In this document: in pieces, positions 8,445 through 16,692 of the stretch | How positions within the stretch are numbered: the stretch's first letter is position 1 | How the letters are laid out: each line of letters opens with the position of its first letter | Sequence record: ON911540.2 | Origin: Xanthomonas phage vB_Xar_IVIA-DoCa3 | Direction: 5' to 3' (one strand) | DNA length: 32,000 bases | The notes under the pieces: generated by a model | What the model was told of the DNA's origin: nothing | Databases searched by the model: none | The model's input: only the letters and a program-made list of their open reading frames with translations | Position numbers and translations under genes: made by a program

Positions 8445-10625
8445 TCAAGCCTTAGAGCTATACCCGATCACCTGCAAAATCTTCTCGCACTCCTGTTCGT
8501 ACCACTCGAAATCGACGTCAGCAGGAAACTCGTCAGGCAAGTCCATCATGGGCTTAGCACCATCCGAGCGGGGCACCTTGTTCCCGTTCGTTGCATAGAC
8601 GATCTCACCCTGTACCCCGACAGCGTAGTACCAGCGGATCGACTTGCCTAGATACTCGGTCAGACCTGGCTTGGACAGCTCGTCCCAGGCCGCCTTGTAC
8701 GCGCGTTCGGTGTTCATTGCAGCGCGTCCGATGGTGTCACCCTCCCTGACCCAGCTATCTTTCGAGAAGGGTACGAACCCCGCCAGCTTCAGAAGTTCCT
8801 CCTGCGAACTGTGCGCGGGAGGCGGAATGCGATCCCATACCTTGACCGCGCCACCCTTCACGCTGCGCACGGACACGAACTTCGTGATGTCCTTGCACCC
8901 GCGCACTGTGGTCATGATCGGTACGTTCTTCGTCAGCAGCGCCTCCACAGCTTCGACGCAGATCGTATTCGTCGGGTTCTTGTGCAAGCGCTCCGCCATG
9001 TTCTTCTTGCTGGCCCACGGGTTAGCATAGGCACCCTTGCACTTCGTAGAGCCGTCTTCCTTGACTGCGATGTAGTTATTCACGTCACGCGAATAGAGCG
9101 ACTTGTAGATGGTGCCCTCGGTCTGGAACCCTGTGTCCTGCTCCCACTGAGCGATGATCTGGTCCATGACGTGCTGCCCCTTGCGCGGGCACTTGATTAC
9201 GATGCCGTCAGTGTTCGCGCTGACCACATGGATTCCAGCCAGCTCCAGGCGCTCGATCAGCATCAGTAGGCTTAGCTGGCCGGTCACTGTCACCTGGATC
9301 AGCAGGTCAGGGGAGTAGAGGATCGAATACTTGCTGCCCAGCTTACCGAACGACCCGTTGATCGTAATCTTGAGTGAGTCGGCTGTTACCTTGTCACCCC
9401 GTTCCTTGGCTGCAATACGTCTATCAACGATGTTCTTATACACGTGAAGGAACGTCGGGCCCAGGTGATGCGGGTACAGGCCGAGGTTCAAGATGATGAA
9501 CGGGTAGTACGACGTCACGTCCTTGTCGATCAGGATGTAATTTTCGTCGCTGTGGTGCGCCGCTGTGCTTTCGCTGCTGTGCAGACCGCCGATGCCCATG
9601 CGATACACGCTGCCGTTGATATCAAGCTGGAGCGCCTTAATCTCTTCGGGCATGCCGATGGAACCAGTCTCATCGACAAGGAAGTTCGCATTCGCAACGA
9701 CACTCAGGGCCCAGTTCATCAACTGCGACTGGTAGCGAATGAAGTGAGGCACCCTGTAGCGGTACGCTGTGCCCACCTCAATGACGGGCTTCTCTGGCCT
9801 GCGCCCCATGCGACGGGTCATCTCTTCCGCGATTACAGCCTCCGCGATCTGTGCGTCGGACTTGCTGCGAAGGTCGATGCCGGTTTCATTCGATAGTGTA
9901 GTGCGCAGATCCAGGTGATCTCGCAAGCACTCGTGAAGGAACGCGGTGCTCGTCAAGTCGCTGTTGATGTTGTACCAGCGCACGCAGGCGATCTGTTCAG
10001 GGCTGAGCACGGTGTCAGGGTGGAACGGCAAGTCTTGCATTCGCGGAACGTGCAGACGGCCACCGTAGATCTTCAGGCTGGCGCGGAGCGGAGCCACCTC
10101 GATCAGGTCAATGTGGTCAATCTTAACGCCCTTGACCTTGTACTGCTTCATCACGTCGGACCCGCGCCAACCCTCCAGAATGATCTGGTTCGTCGCGTGC
10201 TTCAGCAATGCGTTCGGCTTGCCTGCAAGTGCAAGGAATGTGATCGGTAAGTCGTACGACAGGGAGTTGAACCCGACGGTCGTGGTGTTTTCCAGTACCC
10301 AGCGCAGTTTCCCGACGTCAAGCGGGTGCCCATCATACATCTCGAAGAACACTGCTTTGCCTGTGGCGAGCGAGCGGAACGAGGCGATGAAATAGTTCTC
10401 ATAACACTCGATGTCGAACAGCAGCCTATCGCGGGTCATTGCTGCATGAAGCACCTCCGCGTCGTTCATCACCAGTATGGGGAAGCGCAGAGCTTCTTCA
10501 AGTCCAGGCAGGTAGTCGGGGCGTAACCACACAGGGTCCGGCGGTGTGCGTTTGGCCTTCTCGGCCTTCTCCTTGGGAGGTGGCGGTCGATCCTCCCAGA
10601 ACAGTCCTAGAGCGTCAGCTCGCAT
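8445..10625 (-). CDS. DNA polymerase, B-family-like, with N-terminal 3'-5' exonuclease motif
   Basis: ExoI-like 'LLFDIECYEN', motif A-like 'DKDVTSYYPFIIL', motif B-like 'LKITINGSFGKLGSKYS', motif C-like 'SANTDGIVI'. Confidence 0.8.
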   Translation of the reverse strand: MRADALGLFWEDRPPPPKEKAEKAKRTPPDPVWLRPDYLPGLEEALRFPILVMNDAEVLHAAMTRDRLLFDIECYENYFIASFRSLATGKAVFFEMYDGHPLDVGKLRWVLENTTTVGFNSLSYDLPITFLALAGKPNALLKHATNQIILEGWRGSDVMKQYKVKGVKIDHIDLIEVAPLRASLKIYGGRLHVPRMQDLPFHPDTVLSPEQIACVRWYNINSDLTSTAFLHECLRDHLDLRTTLSNETGIDLRSKSDAQIAEAVIAEEMTRRMGRRPEKPVIEVGTAYRYRVPHFIRYQSQLMNWALSVVANANFLVDETGSIGMPEEIKALQLDINGSVYRMGIGGLHSSESTAAHHSDENYILIDKDVTSYYPFIILNLGLYPHHLGPTFLHVYKNIVDRRIAAKERGDKVTADSLKITINGSFGKLGSKYSILYSPDLLIQVTVTGQLSLLMLIERLELAGIHVVSANTDGIVIKCPRKGQHVMDQIIAQWEQDTGFQTEGTIYKSLYSRDVNNYIAVKEDGSTKCKGAYANPWASKKNMAERLHKNPTNTICVEAVEALLTKNVPIMTTVRGCKDITKFVSVRSVKGGAVKVWDRIPPPAHSSQEELLKLAGFVPFSKDSWVREGDTIGRAAMNTERAYKAAWDELSKPGLTEYLGKSIRWYYAVGVQGEIVYATNGNKVPRSDGAKPMMDLPDEFPADVDFEWYEQECEKILQVIGYSSKA

Positions 10626-10676
10626 CTTCTATCCTCATCTAAGGCCATTAAGCGGGCCGTGGCGCTGGGCTACATG

Positions 10677-11630
10677 TTACAGGCGCATGCCTACGATTGC
10701 ACCCCTGAGCCTATCGCCATAGAACAGGCAGGGGTTCGGGTACGTGCTGAAGTCGATTTTCTGTGCTACATCCTTCAGCAGTTTGAGCATCTCGATCTGA
10801 TACACACCCTCGAACGGGAAGCCCACCATGTCGAATGATGCGCCTTCACCTTCGTCAATATGGGTCTTGACTGCTTCACCGTGGAAGAACGCGCGCCCCA
10901 GCTTGTCGGCGAATGGTTTAATCACTTCCAGCCCTTCGAACAGGCGGGAGTCCATGTCACTCGGATTGCTCTGCCTGTCAAGCACTTTCGACAGGTCGGG
11001 CCAGTCAGTGCTATACAGCTGGCTCCGGATCCAGCGCCCGTCGGTGTAATGGAATGTGATGCTGTTGTCGGTGCGCTGTGCGTGCGTAGGCGCTTCGTTG
11101 ATACGGATCATCTCCTTGATTGCCGCCATAGGAATGTTGGCGGTGAAGGGTGTCTGCGAACCGATCCAGTATTCCACCAGGCACACGTTATTCGTGGCGA
11201 ACGCAGACTGGCCTCGGAGCAAGATGCCGTTCGTCCAAGGGCGGGACGCATCGTTACCGACGAACGGTGCAAGCGTCTTGCACGCCTTCAGAAGCTGCTC
11301 ACCGTCAAGATCTACGTGATCACCTTCCGGCATCACGTGCGGCGTTTCACCATCGATGCAATCCACGAACGCCCGGAACTTACCGCTCTGAATGCGCAGC
11401 TTGCCCGCGGGAGTCATGCTCAGCGTCACTGTGTCGTTGCAGTTCGCGATCGCCTGCACCAGCGGGCCCGCCTTGGGCTTGCAGTCAATGTCAAAGGGGA
11501 TGGGGCTAGACAGCGCCAGCGTGCCGTTATAGGAGCGCACATGCCCACCCTCGATAGCGAAGTGAGTCATGGCAGGCAGGAGGTCTTTCTTAGCGACTGC
11601 GCCCTGCACGAACTTGAGTTCTTTAAGCAT
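10677..11630 (-). CDS. DNA polymerase sliding clamp (beta-clamp-like)
   Basis: 317 aa; 'KKDLLPAMTHFAIEGGHVRSYNGTLALSSPI', 'IQSGKFRAFVDCI', 'FATNNVCLVEYWIG' resemble phage DnaN-like clamps; adjacent to DNA polymerase; start overlaps the dpdA stop (TAATG). Confidence 0.65.
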   Translation of the reverse strand: MLKELKFVQGAVAKKDLLPAMTHFAIEGGHVRSYNGTLALSSPIPFDIDCKPKAGPLVQAIANCNDTVTLSMTPAGKLRIQSGKFRAFVDCIDGETPHVMPEGDHVDLDGEQLLKACKTLAPFVGNDASRPWTNGILLRGQSAFATNNVCLVEYWIGSQTPFTANIPMAAIKEMIRINEAPTHAQRTDNSITFHYTDGRWIRSQLYSTDWPDLSKVLDRQSNPSDMDSRLFEGLEVIKPFADKLGRAFFHGEAVKTHIDEGEGASFDMVGFPFEGVYQIEMLKLLKDVAQKIDFSTYPNPCLFYGDRLRGAIVGMRL

Positions 11631-12568
11631 TAGAAGAGCTCCTGAATGCGCGCCCGGAACGTGTTCGAGTGCGCAGCGTTGATCATTGCGTTGATCACAC
11701 CGAACGCCCACAGGTTGTAGGCGGCGCGTGATTCATACACGGTGGAAAGGCGCTCAAGTGTGAAACCGTGCTTCTCGAGCATCTGCAGAACGTAGTCCTG
11801 CTCGATCTGTGTCAGTGTGGTCACGTGCTGCCCAGCGTCGTGCCTGCTTGGGGACTTCTCCGACACGCTCATCGGAAGTGCCATCGTGCTCTGGCTGTAG
11901 CCTGGGGTGATGATGCTGCCGAATGCTGCGGACTGAATCCAGGAGGACGAGTCACAGGAATACCACGGATAGCGCTCCATGATCGGAACGGCTGTGATAC
12001 CGAAGCCATGCACCTTGATCTTCGGATTGCCGCTACCGTCGGTGAGGTAGCGATCCCATATCCTGTCCAGCCAGATGCAGAGCTGCTGAGTGCTAGAGCC
12101 CACCATGCCGCCGAGCGTGATGTATTCGTAGTTCGCGACGTACCATTCCAGATATCGCTCGTCTTCCCCAGCGTGGAAGCAGGGAAGGGGCTTGGCGCCT
12201 CGCTGCTCCATCTCGAGCTGATTGCGCCACGTCTGCAGAGGGTCACCGATGCCGTCCAGCACAGACGCCATCACGACACCATCTTCAACGCGAATGATGT
12301 CTCTGTTGCGGTTGATATAGTCGCAATACTCCGCGACGCTAATTTCGACGCCCAGCGTGTAGGCAGAGAACGCTCCCGAGTCCAGGAACACTTGAGCACC
12401 GTCACGCCGCATATCATCGACATAACGCTGCTTTCCGACGTAGTGGTACGACTCGAGAATGTGAGGAAGATTCTTGCAGATGTTCTGCTCGTGCTCTGTC
12501 AGCTTGGCATGGCGCGCCTGACCTTCCATATAGCCGTTCGTATAAACGGCCGCCATGAATATGTTCAT
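11630..12568 (-). CDS. dpdA: DpdA-like DNA guanine transglycosylase (TGT-related) that inserts a 7-deazaguanine base in DNA
   Basis: 'RRDGAQVFLDSGAFSAYTLGVEISVAEYCDYI', 'PCFHAGEDERYLEWYVANYEYITLGGMVGSS', 'KIKVHGFGITAVPIMERYPWYSCDSSSW' are TGT/DpdA barrel features; located in a preQ0 gene cluster; ATG at 12568 preceded by TTGGAGGTCTC. Confidence 0.8.
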   Translation of the reverse strand: MNIFMAAVYTNGYMEGQARHAKLTEHEQNICKNLPHILESYHYVGKQRYVDDMRRDGAQVFLDSGAFSAYTLGVEISVAEYCDYINRNRDIIRVEDGVVMASVLDGIGDPLQTWRNQLEMEQRGAKPLPCFHAGEDERYLEWYVANYEYITLGGMVGSSTQQLCIWLDRIWDRYLTDGSGNPKIKVHGFGITAVPIMERYPWYSCDSSSWIQSAAFGSIITPGYSQSTMALPMSVSEKSPSRHDAGQHVTTLTQIEQDYVLQMLEKHGFTLERLSTVYESRAAYNLWAFGVINAMINAAHSNTFRARIQELF

Positions 12569-12580
12569 GAGACCTCCAAA

Positions 12581-12610
12581 ATGTAGGGACATCCGAAGAC
12601 GTCCCTACAT
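12581..12610 (-). promoter_or_regulatory. Stable hairpin between folE and dpdA (attenuator, weak terminator or processing site)
   Basis: Minus strand ATGTAGGGAC-GTCTTCGGAT-GTCCCTACAT-TTT, 10-bp perfect arms with inner C(TTCG)G, 4 T's, then the dpdA Shine-Dalgarno. Confidence 0.75.
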
Positions 12611-12626
12611 TATAGCGAACTAGCTG

Positions 12627-13520
12627 TTACTGGGCAAGCCGAAGAAACTCGGCACGGGTGTCGGGCTCATCCTTCATGGCACCACGAAGAGCAGTCGTCA
12701 CCGTGTGGTGTCCCTGCTGGCAGATGCCACGGGATTCCATGCACATGTGTCGCGCCTTAATGACCACACCGACGCCCTTGGCTTCCAGGTGCTCGAACAG
12801 TGCGTCCGCGATCTGGTCTGTGAGCCGTTCCTGCACTTGCAGGCGGCGAGCATACATGTCCGCCAGGCGGGACAGCTTGCTCAGGCCCACGATACGACCG
12901 TTCGGAATGTAGCTGATCGTGACCGTGCCGAAGATCGGCGCGAGGTGATGCTCGCAATGTGAGTAGATGGGGATGTCGCGCACCGTCACCATCTGGTCAT
13001 GCTTCTCCGCACCGTCTTCGAACACCTTCAGGATGGCCTTCGGATCCTTGCCGTAACCGCCGCACCAGTGGCGCCAGGCCTTAGCGACGCGATGCGGAGT
13101 CTCGCGCAGACCTTCCCGGGCAGGATCGTCCCCGACGTACTGGAGCAGACGGCGGATGTTGTCCTCGATGCCGGACTCAGCGTCGCCTTCCCACGGGAAC
13201 ACGATCCAGCGACCCTTGAACTCTTCGTCCGTCTTCTTGTCGATGAGCACGAAGAAGGGCTTGCCTGGGAACTGGTCGCACCAGTGTTCCATCGTGCTGC
13301 CGCTGTCGATCAGGTCATCGATGAAGAAATCAGCTTTCTCGGGGTCGTCGGTAATGCTGAACCCCGCGAGCCCTTGCAGCAGGTACGCAACGGGCACACC
13401 GCCGCGCGGTACGGGGTAAGCCAGCAGGGTGCGGCCAATGGTAGCACCGAAGGCCAAAATGGCCTGTGCCGCCCGCTGCGCGAGCGCTTGCACGTCGTTA
13501 TGATTCAGAGTCAGTTGCAT
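12627..13520 (-). CDS. folE: Fusion: N-terminal phosphoribosyltransferase-like domain plus C-terminal GTP cyclohydrolase I (FolE)
   Basis: PRTase/PRPP-like motif 'ADFFIDDLIDSGSTM'; FolE hallmarks 'REGLRETPHRVAKAW', 'YSHCEHHLAPIFGTVTISYIP', 'GLSKLSRLADMYARRLQVQERLTDQIADAL'. Confidence 0.85.
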   Translation of the reverse strand: MQLTLNHNDVQALAQRAAQAILAFGATIGRTLLAYPVPRGGVPVAYLLQGLAGFSITDDPEKADFFIDDLIDSGSTMEHWCDQFPGKPFFVLIDKKTDEEFKGRWIVFPWEGDAESGIEDNIRRLLQYVGDDPAREGLRETPHRVAKAWRHWCGGYGKDPKAILKVFEDGAEKHDQMVTVRDIPIYSHCEHHLAPIFGTVTISYIPNGRIVGLSKLSRLADMYARRLQVQERLTDQIADALFEHLEAKGVGVVIKARHMCMESRGICQQGHHTVTTALRGAMKDEPDTRAEFLRLAQ

Positions 13521-13529
13521 GATGTGTCC

Positions 13530-13952
13530 TCAGTGAGCGTGAAAAGATGCGGAGCACTTGCGCGTCTCTTCGACGTCGCAATGTACGAGCTTGATGCCGG
13601 TGCCTGCGAGCTGCTGCGGGCCGATCACTTCAACGAGATGTTGAGCAATGTTCTCGGCGGTAGGGTTGAAGGGGACGATCACGATCGTCGGGTCAATTTC
13701 GGGCAGCACTTTGGCCCACGGGTCGTTCTCCCAGATGAGCGTCTTGTGATCCCAATTATCTTCCAGCCACATGCACAGGCGGGTCTTCATGTCGCTGAAA
13801 TCGATCACGCGGCCGATGTTGTCCAGTTCCTCCGCTTCGCAGGTGAAATGGACTCGATAGTTGTGGCCGTGCAGATGCGCGCACTTCGACTCGTGCTGGA
13901 AGACGCGGTGTCCGCAGCTGATGTCGTGATATCGTTTGGCTTGCCAGGGCAT
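13530..13952 (-). CDS. queD: 6-carboxy-5,6,7,8-tetrahydropterin synthase
   Basis: 'ISCGHRVFQHESKCAHLHGHNYRVHF' zinc/active-site motif and 'GRVIDFSDMK'; ATG at 13952 with AGGAG upstream. Confidence 0.88.
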   Translation of the reverse strand: MPWQAKRYHDISCGHRVFQHESKCAHLHGHNYRVHFTCEAEELDNIGRVIDFSDMKTRLCMWLEDNWDHKTLIWENDPWAKVLPEIDPTIVIVPFNPTAENIAQHLVEVIGPQQLAGTGIKLVHCDVEETRKCSASFHAH

Positions 13953-13956
13953 GTGG

Positions 13957-15357
13957 TTACTCCTTGTCGTTACTGTAAGAAATGACCTCTTCGAGGCCGT
14001 TGATGTCAAACGCGGTGCGTCGCATGTAGCACGGACCGCACGTCCCGCAATGCTGCTCGCCCGCACGGTAGCAGCTCCAGGTCTTGTCGAGCGGTGCGCC
14101 AATGCGGTGCCCCAGCGCCACGATCTCATGCTTCATCAGGTTGCCCACAGGCATCATGACTCGCATGCGCTTTCCATCGCCAACTGCGAACGGCAGCAGG
14201 TCGTTGAACTTGGCAATGAACTCGGGTTCGTTGTCCGGATACGCACCAGCTTCCTCGAGGTTGTTACCGAGGACGATAGTGTCGAATCCGTTCGCTTCCG
14301 CGTAGGCAGTAGCCACACTGAGCAGCAGAAGGTTCCGCGCAGGCACCCATTCGTGAGCGAATTCGGCGCCTTCCTCACCGCCAGCGATCTTGCTGTCAGC
14401 TTGCAGCAGCGGGGAGTCGCTCGGCTTATACACGGGGAGCGGGAACACGGTGCAGGGCACGCCCAGCGCGTCAGCGGCAGCTTGCACCGCAATCACTTCG
14501 GGGCCTTCCGCGCGGCTACCGTAGCAGAAGTGAATGAGCTCGGTCTCGACCCCGATCACCTTCTTGACGTAGGTGGCAGCGACCACACTGTCCAGGCCTC
14601 CGCTGCACACGACGAGCGCCTTGGAACGAGCGCCCACGTCGTACAGGGACTCGCCGCGGATCTCGAGGTGATCACTGAAGTAGAAGCTCATCACCGAATA
14701 CGGATCCACCATGCGCGGGGTCATGTTGTCCGGGAAGTAGTGCCTGGCGCTTGCAAAGAAGACGCCGACTTCCGTCACGACGAACCAGATGGGCCGATAG
14801 TTTGCTGCCACCAGCAGGTGATTCTTCTGCTCGCTATGGGTCGCCAGGATCGCATAGCTGCCCTTGAGCCGCTTCACGCCTTCGATGAAGTGGAGCGCGG
14901 TGCGGTACGCATTCGAACCATCGCAGCGGATGGAGTCCAGCGTCTCTGCGATTGCAGCGCTGTCGATGCGGGTGGGCACCTTACCCGTGCGCAAGGCCTT
15001 GTCGTTTGCGATGGTGCCGTTATGCACGATAGACCAGTGCCCCGCGCTGTAGGGTTGCTGATCTTCCTGCGACTTGTCGGCGACATATTCAGTCGTCGGT
15101 TCGGCGCGAAGGTTGCTGATGAACGTAGCGGACTCGACGTCGCCTTTGAAGAACTCGACAGGGTGCCAATCCTTGCCTTCCTTGCGTTCGGTGCTCTTCT
15201 CGATAACGATGTCGTCACCGTAGTTTGTCAGGAAGCCCCGACCGTCGCGACCGCGTTCATGGCTCTGCTGAATGATATGGTTCAGCAGACCGTTGGCCTG
15301 CGATCGCGTGTCAGGTGTGGTCAAGCCCCACACCAGGGCGCCAATGATTGCGCACAT
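13957..15357 (-). CDS. queC: Gat-QueC: class II glutamine amidotransferase domain fused to 7-cyano-7-deazaguanine synthase
   Basis: N-terminal Ntn Cys2 'MCAIIGALVWG' with 'HERGRDGRG', 'SNLRAEPT', 'WSIVHNGTIAN'; C-terminal PP-loop 'VVCSGGLDSVVAATY' and zinc Cys cluster 'CYRAGEQHCGTCGPC'. Confidence 0.9.
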   Translation of the reverse strand: MCAIIGALVWGLTTPDTRSQANGLLNHIIQQSHERGRDGRGFLTNYGDDIVIEKSTERKEGKDWHPVEFFKGDVESATFISNLRAEPTTEYVADKSQEDQQPYSAGHWSIVHNGTIANDKALRTGKVPTRIDSAAIAETLDSIRCDGSNAYRTALHFIEGVKRLKGSYAILATHSEQKNHLLVAANYRPIWFVVTEVGVFFASARHYFPDNMTPRMVDPYSVMSFYFSDHLEIRGESLYDVGARSKALVVCSGGLDSVVAATYVKKVIGVETELIHFCYGSRAEGPEVIAVQAAADALGVPCTVFPLPVYKPSDSPLLQADSKIAGGEEGAEFAHEWVPARNLLLLSVATAYAEANGFDTIVLGNNLEEAGAYPDNEPEFIAKFNDLLPFAVGDGKRMRVMMPVGNLMKHEIVALGHRIGAPLDKTWSCYRAGEQHCGTCGPCYMRRTAFDINGLEEVISYSNDKE

Positions 15358-15360
15358 AGC

Positions 15361-16068
15361 TCACTCCATGTTGATGATCTTGTGGATCTGTAGTTGAAGG
15401 ATGTAACCGAATTTCATGCAGGAGTCGATGGCCGCTTGCAGGTTGAGGCGGTTGAGCTCTTCATCCTTGGAGTCCATCGGTTGCAGGTAGATCGGGCGTG
15501 CCCAGTTCTTGGGCGGTCGGGCCACATACGGACTCGCGCGATGTTCCAGCGCACGCAAGGGCAGACCGTCATCCTCGTGGATGCTGTCGTGCGCGATCAC
15601 GTATTTGAAGCAGCAGGCGACGTCGTTGATGCGGGGATGCACCTTACCAGCTTTTGGGCTGCACACCACATAGACGCCGGTTCGGATGTCCGGCATGGTG
15701 CTGTAAGGGTACTCGACAGGTTCGAGCGTGCCGTTCGTCTCGATCTGGGCATAGAAGCCCGCATCGGTTAGCACGTTCAGGAGTCGGGTGATATCTTGGC
15801 GGAACGGTTCGCCGCCGGTGATGACCACAAGTCCGCTCGACTGGTATTCCTGCACCTTGCCGAGGATCTCTTGGACGCTTGCAGCGCGCCGGCCTTGAGT
15901 GTAGTCGGTGTCGCATGCGGGGCATTGCAGATTGCACCCTGCAAGTCGAACGAATACGGAAGGGGTTCCGCAGAAAGGGCCTTCGCCCTGGATGGTGTGA
16001 AAGATGCTGTGTAAGGACAGAAGGCCGTCAGCGCTTCTGGTGCGCTTCTCGATGGGTTGTAAGTTCAT
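15361..16068 (-). CDS. queE: 7-carboxy-7-deazaguanine synthase (radical SAM)
   Basis: 'SIFHTIQGEGPFCGTPSVFVRLAGCNLQCPACDTDY' (CxxxCxxC) and 'VVITGGEPFRQDI'; GGAGG Shine-Dalgarno. Confidence 0.92.
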   Translation of the reverse strand: MNLQPIEKRTRSADGLLSLHSIFHTIQGEGPFCGTPSVFVRLAGCNLQCPACDTDYTQGRRAASVQEILGKVQEYQSSGLVVITGGEPFRQDITRLLNVLTDAGFYAQIETNGTLEPVEYPYSTMPDIRTGVYVVCSPKAGKVHPRINDVACCFKYVIAHDSIHEDDGLPLRALEHRASPYVARPPKNWARPIYLQPMDSKDEELNRLNLQAAIDSCMKFGYILQLQIHKIINME

Positions 16069-16087
16069 GGAACCTCCGGGGTAGATA

Positions 16088-16113
16088 GCAAAGGGGCATC
16101 TCTGCCCCTTTGC
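16088..16113 (-). promoter_or_regulatory. 11-bp perfect hairpin upstream of queE (GAGA loop on the minus strand)
   Basis: GCAAAGGGGCA-TCTC-TGCCCCTTTGC, about 20 nt upstream of the queE start; may act as a terminator or attenuator. Confidence 0.7.
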
Positions 16114-16158
16114 AGGTTTCCCGCTGGGCGGATGCCCAGGGCGCTTTATTGTAGCAGG

Positions 16159-16596
16159 TTAGGCCTGCTCGGCGCCAGCGGAGGTCGTTTCGGCCTTCGG
16201 GGACTCGATACGGCCGGTGATGCCGTGGAACTTGCGCCAACGGGCGTATTCGGCACGGACGTTGGCTTCGTTCAGACCGTCGGCCTTGGCCAGTTCCATG
16301 GACTCGCCGATGGACGCGGGAGCGCCATTCTTCTGCGACACGCTGTCGAAGATGCCCCAGGCCTTGCCGCAGAGGGTGTCCGGCTTCGGGCGGCGGATAC
16401 CGTTCTGCTCGGGCATGCGGTTGGCTTCGCGGGCAGCCTTGGCATCGGCCTTGGCCTGTTCCTTAGCAGCCTTCTCGGCAGCCTTCTTCGCTTCGCGGTC
16501 GGCCTTTTCCTGCGCCTTCTGCGCTTCCTTGGCAGCCTTCTTCTCGGCAGCTTCGGCCTGCTCGGCAGCGATCTGTTCGGCGGTCTTCTCGGTCAT
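16159..16596 (-). CDS. K/A/E-rich protein with C-terminal 'WRKFHGITGR' domain
   Basis: ATG at 16596 with GGAGAAAGACC upstream; C-terminal domain shared with the ORF at 17568-18098. Confidence 0.75.
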   Translation of the reverse strand: MTEKTAEQIAAEQAEAAEKKAAKEAQKAQEKADREAKKAAEKAAKEQAKADAKAAREANRMPEQNGIRRPKPDTLCGKAWGIFDSVSQKNGAPASIGESMELAKADGLNEANVRAEYARWRKFHGITGRIESPKAETTSAGAEQA

Positions 16597-16645
16597 GGTC
16601 TTTCTCCAGTGAAAGTGAATAAAGTCCGTTGATGGACGGGATTGC

Positions 16646-16674
16646 AATGTACCACTCCAGGAGCAGGAGTGCAA
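16646..16674 (-). promoter_or_regulatory. Candidate promoter TTGCAC-N17-TACATT
   Basis: -35-like at 16669-16674 and -10-like at 16646-16651 on the minus strand, about 50 nt upstream of the gene before queE. Confidence 0.55.
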
Positions 16675-16692
16675 GCGGGCAAATCGGATATC

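Noticed and set aside
13936-15393. 485-aa plus-strand ORF in the supplied track
   Set aside because: Exactly antisense to the Gat-QueC gene, which has clear catalytic motifs; a GC-rich antisense artefact with no recognisable motifs.
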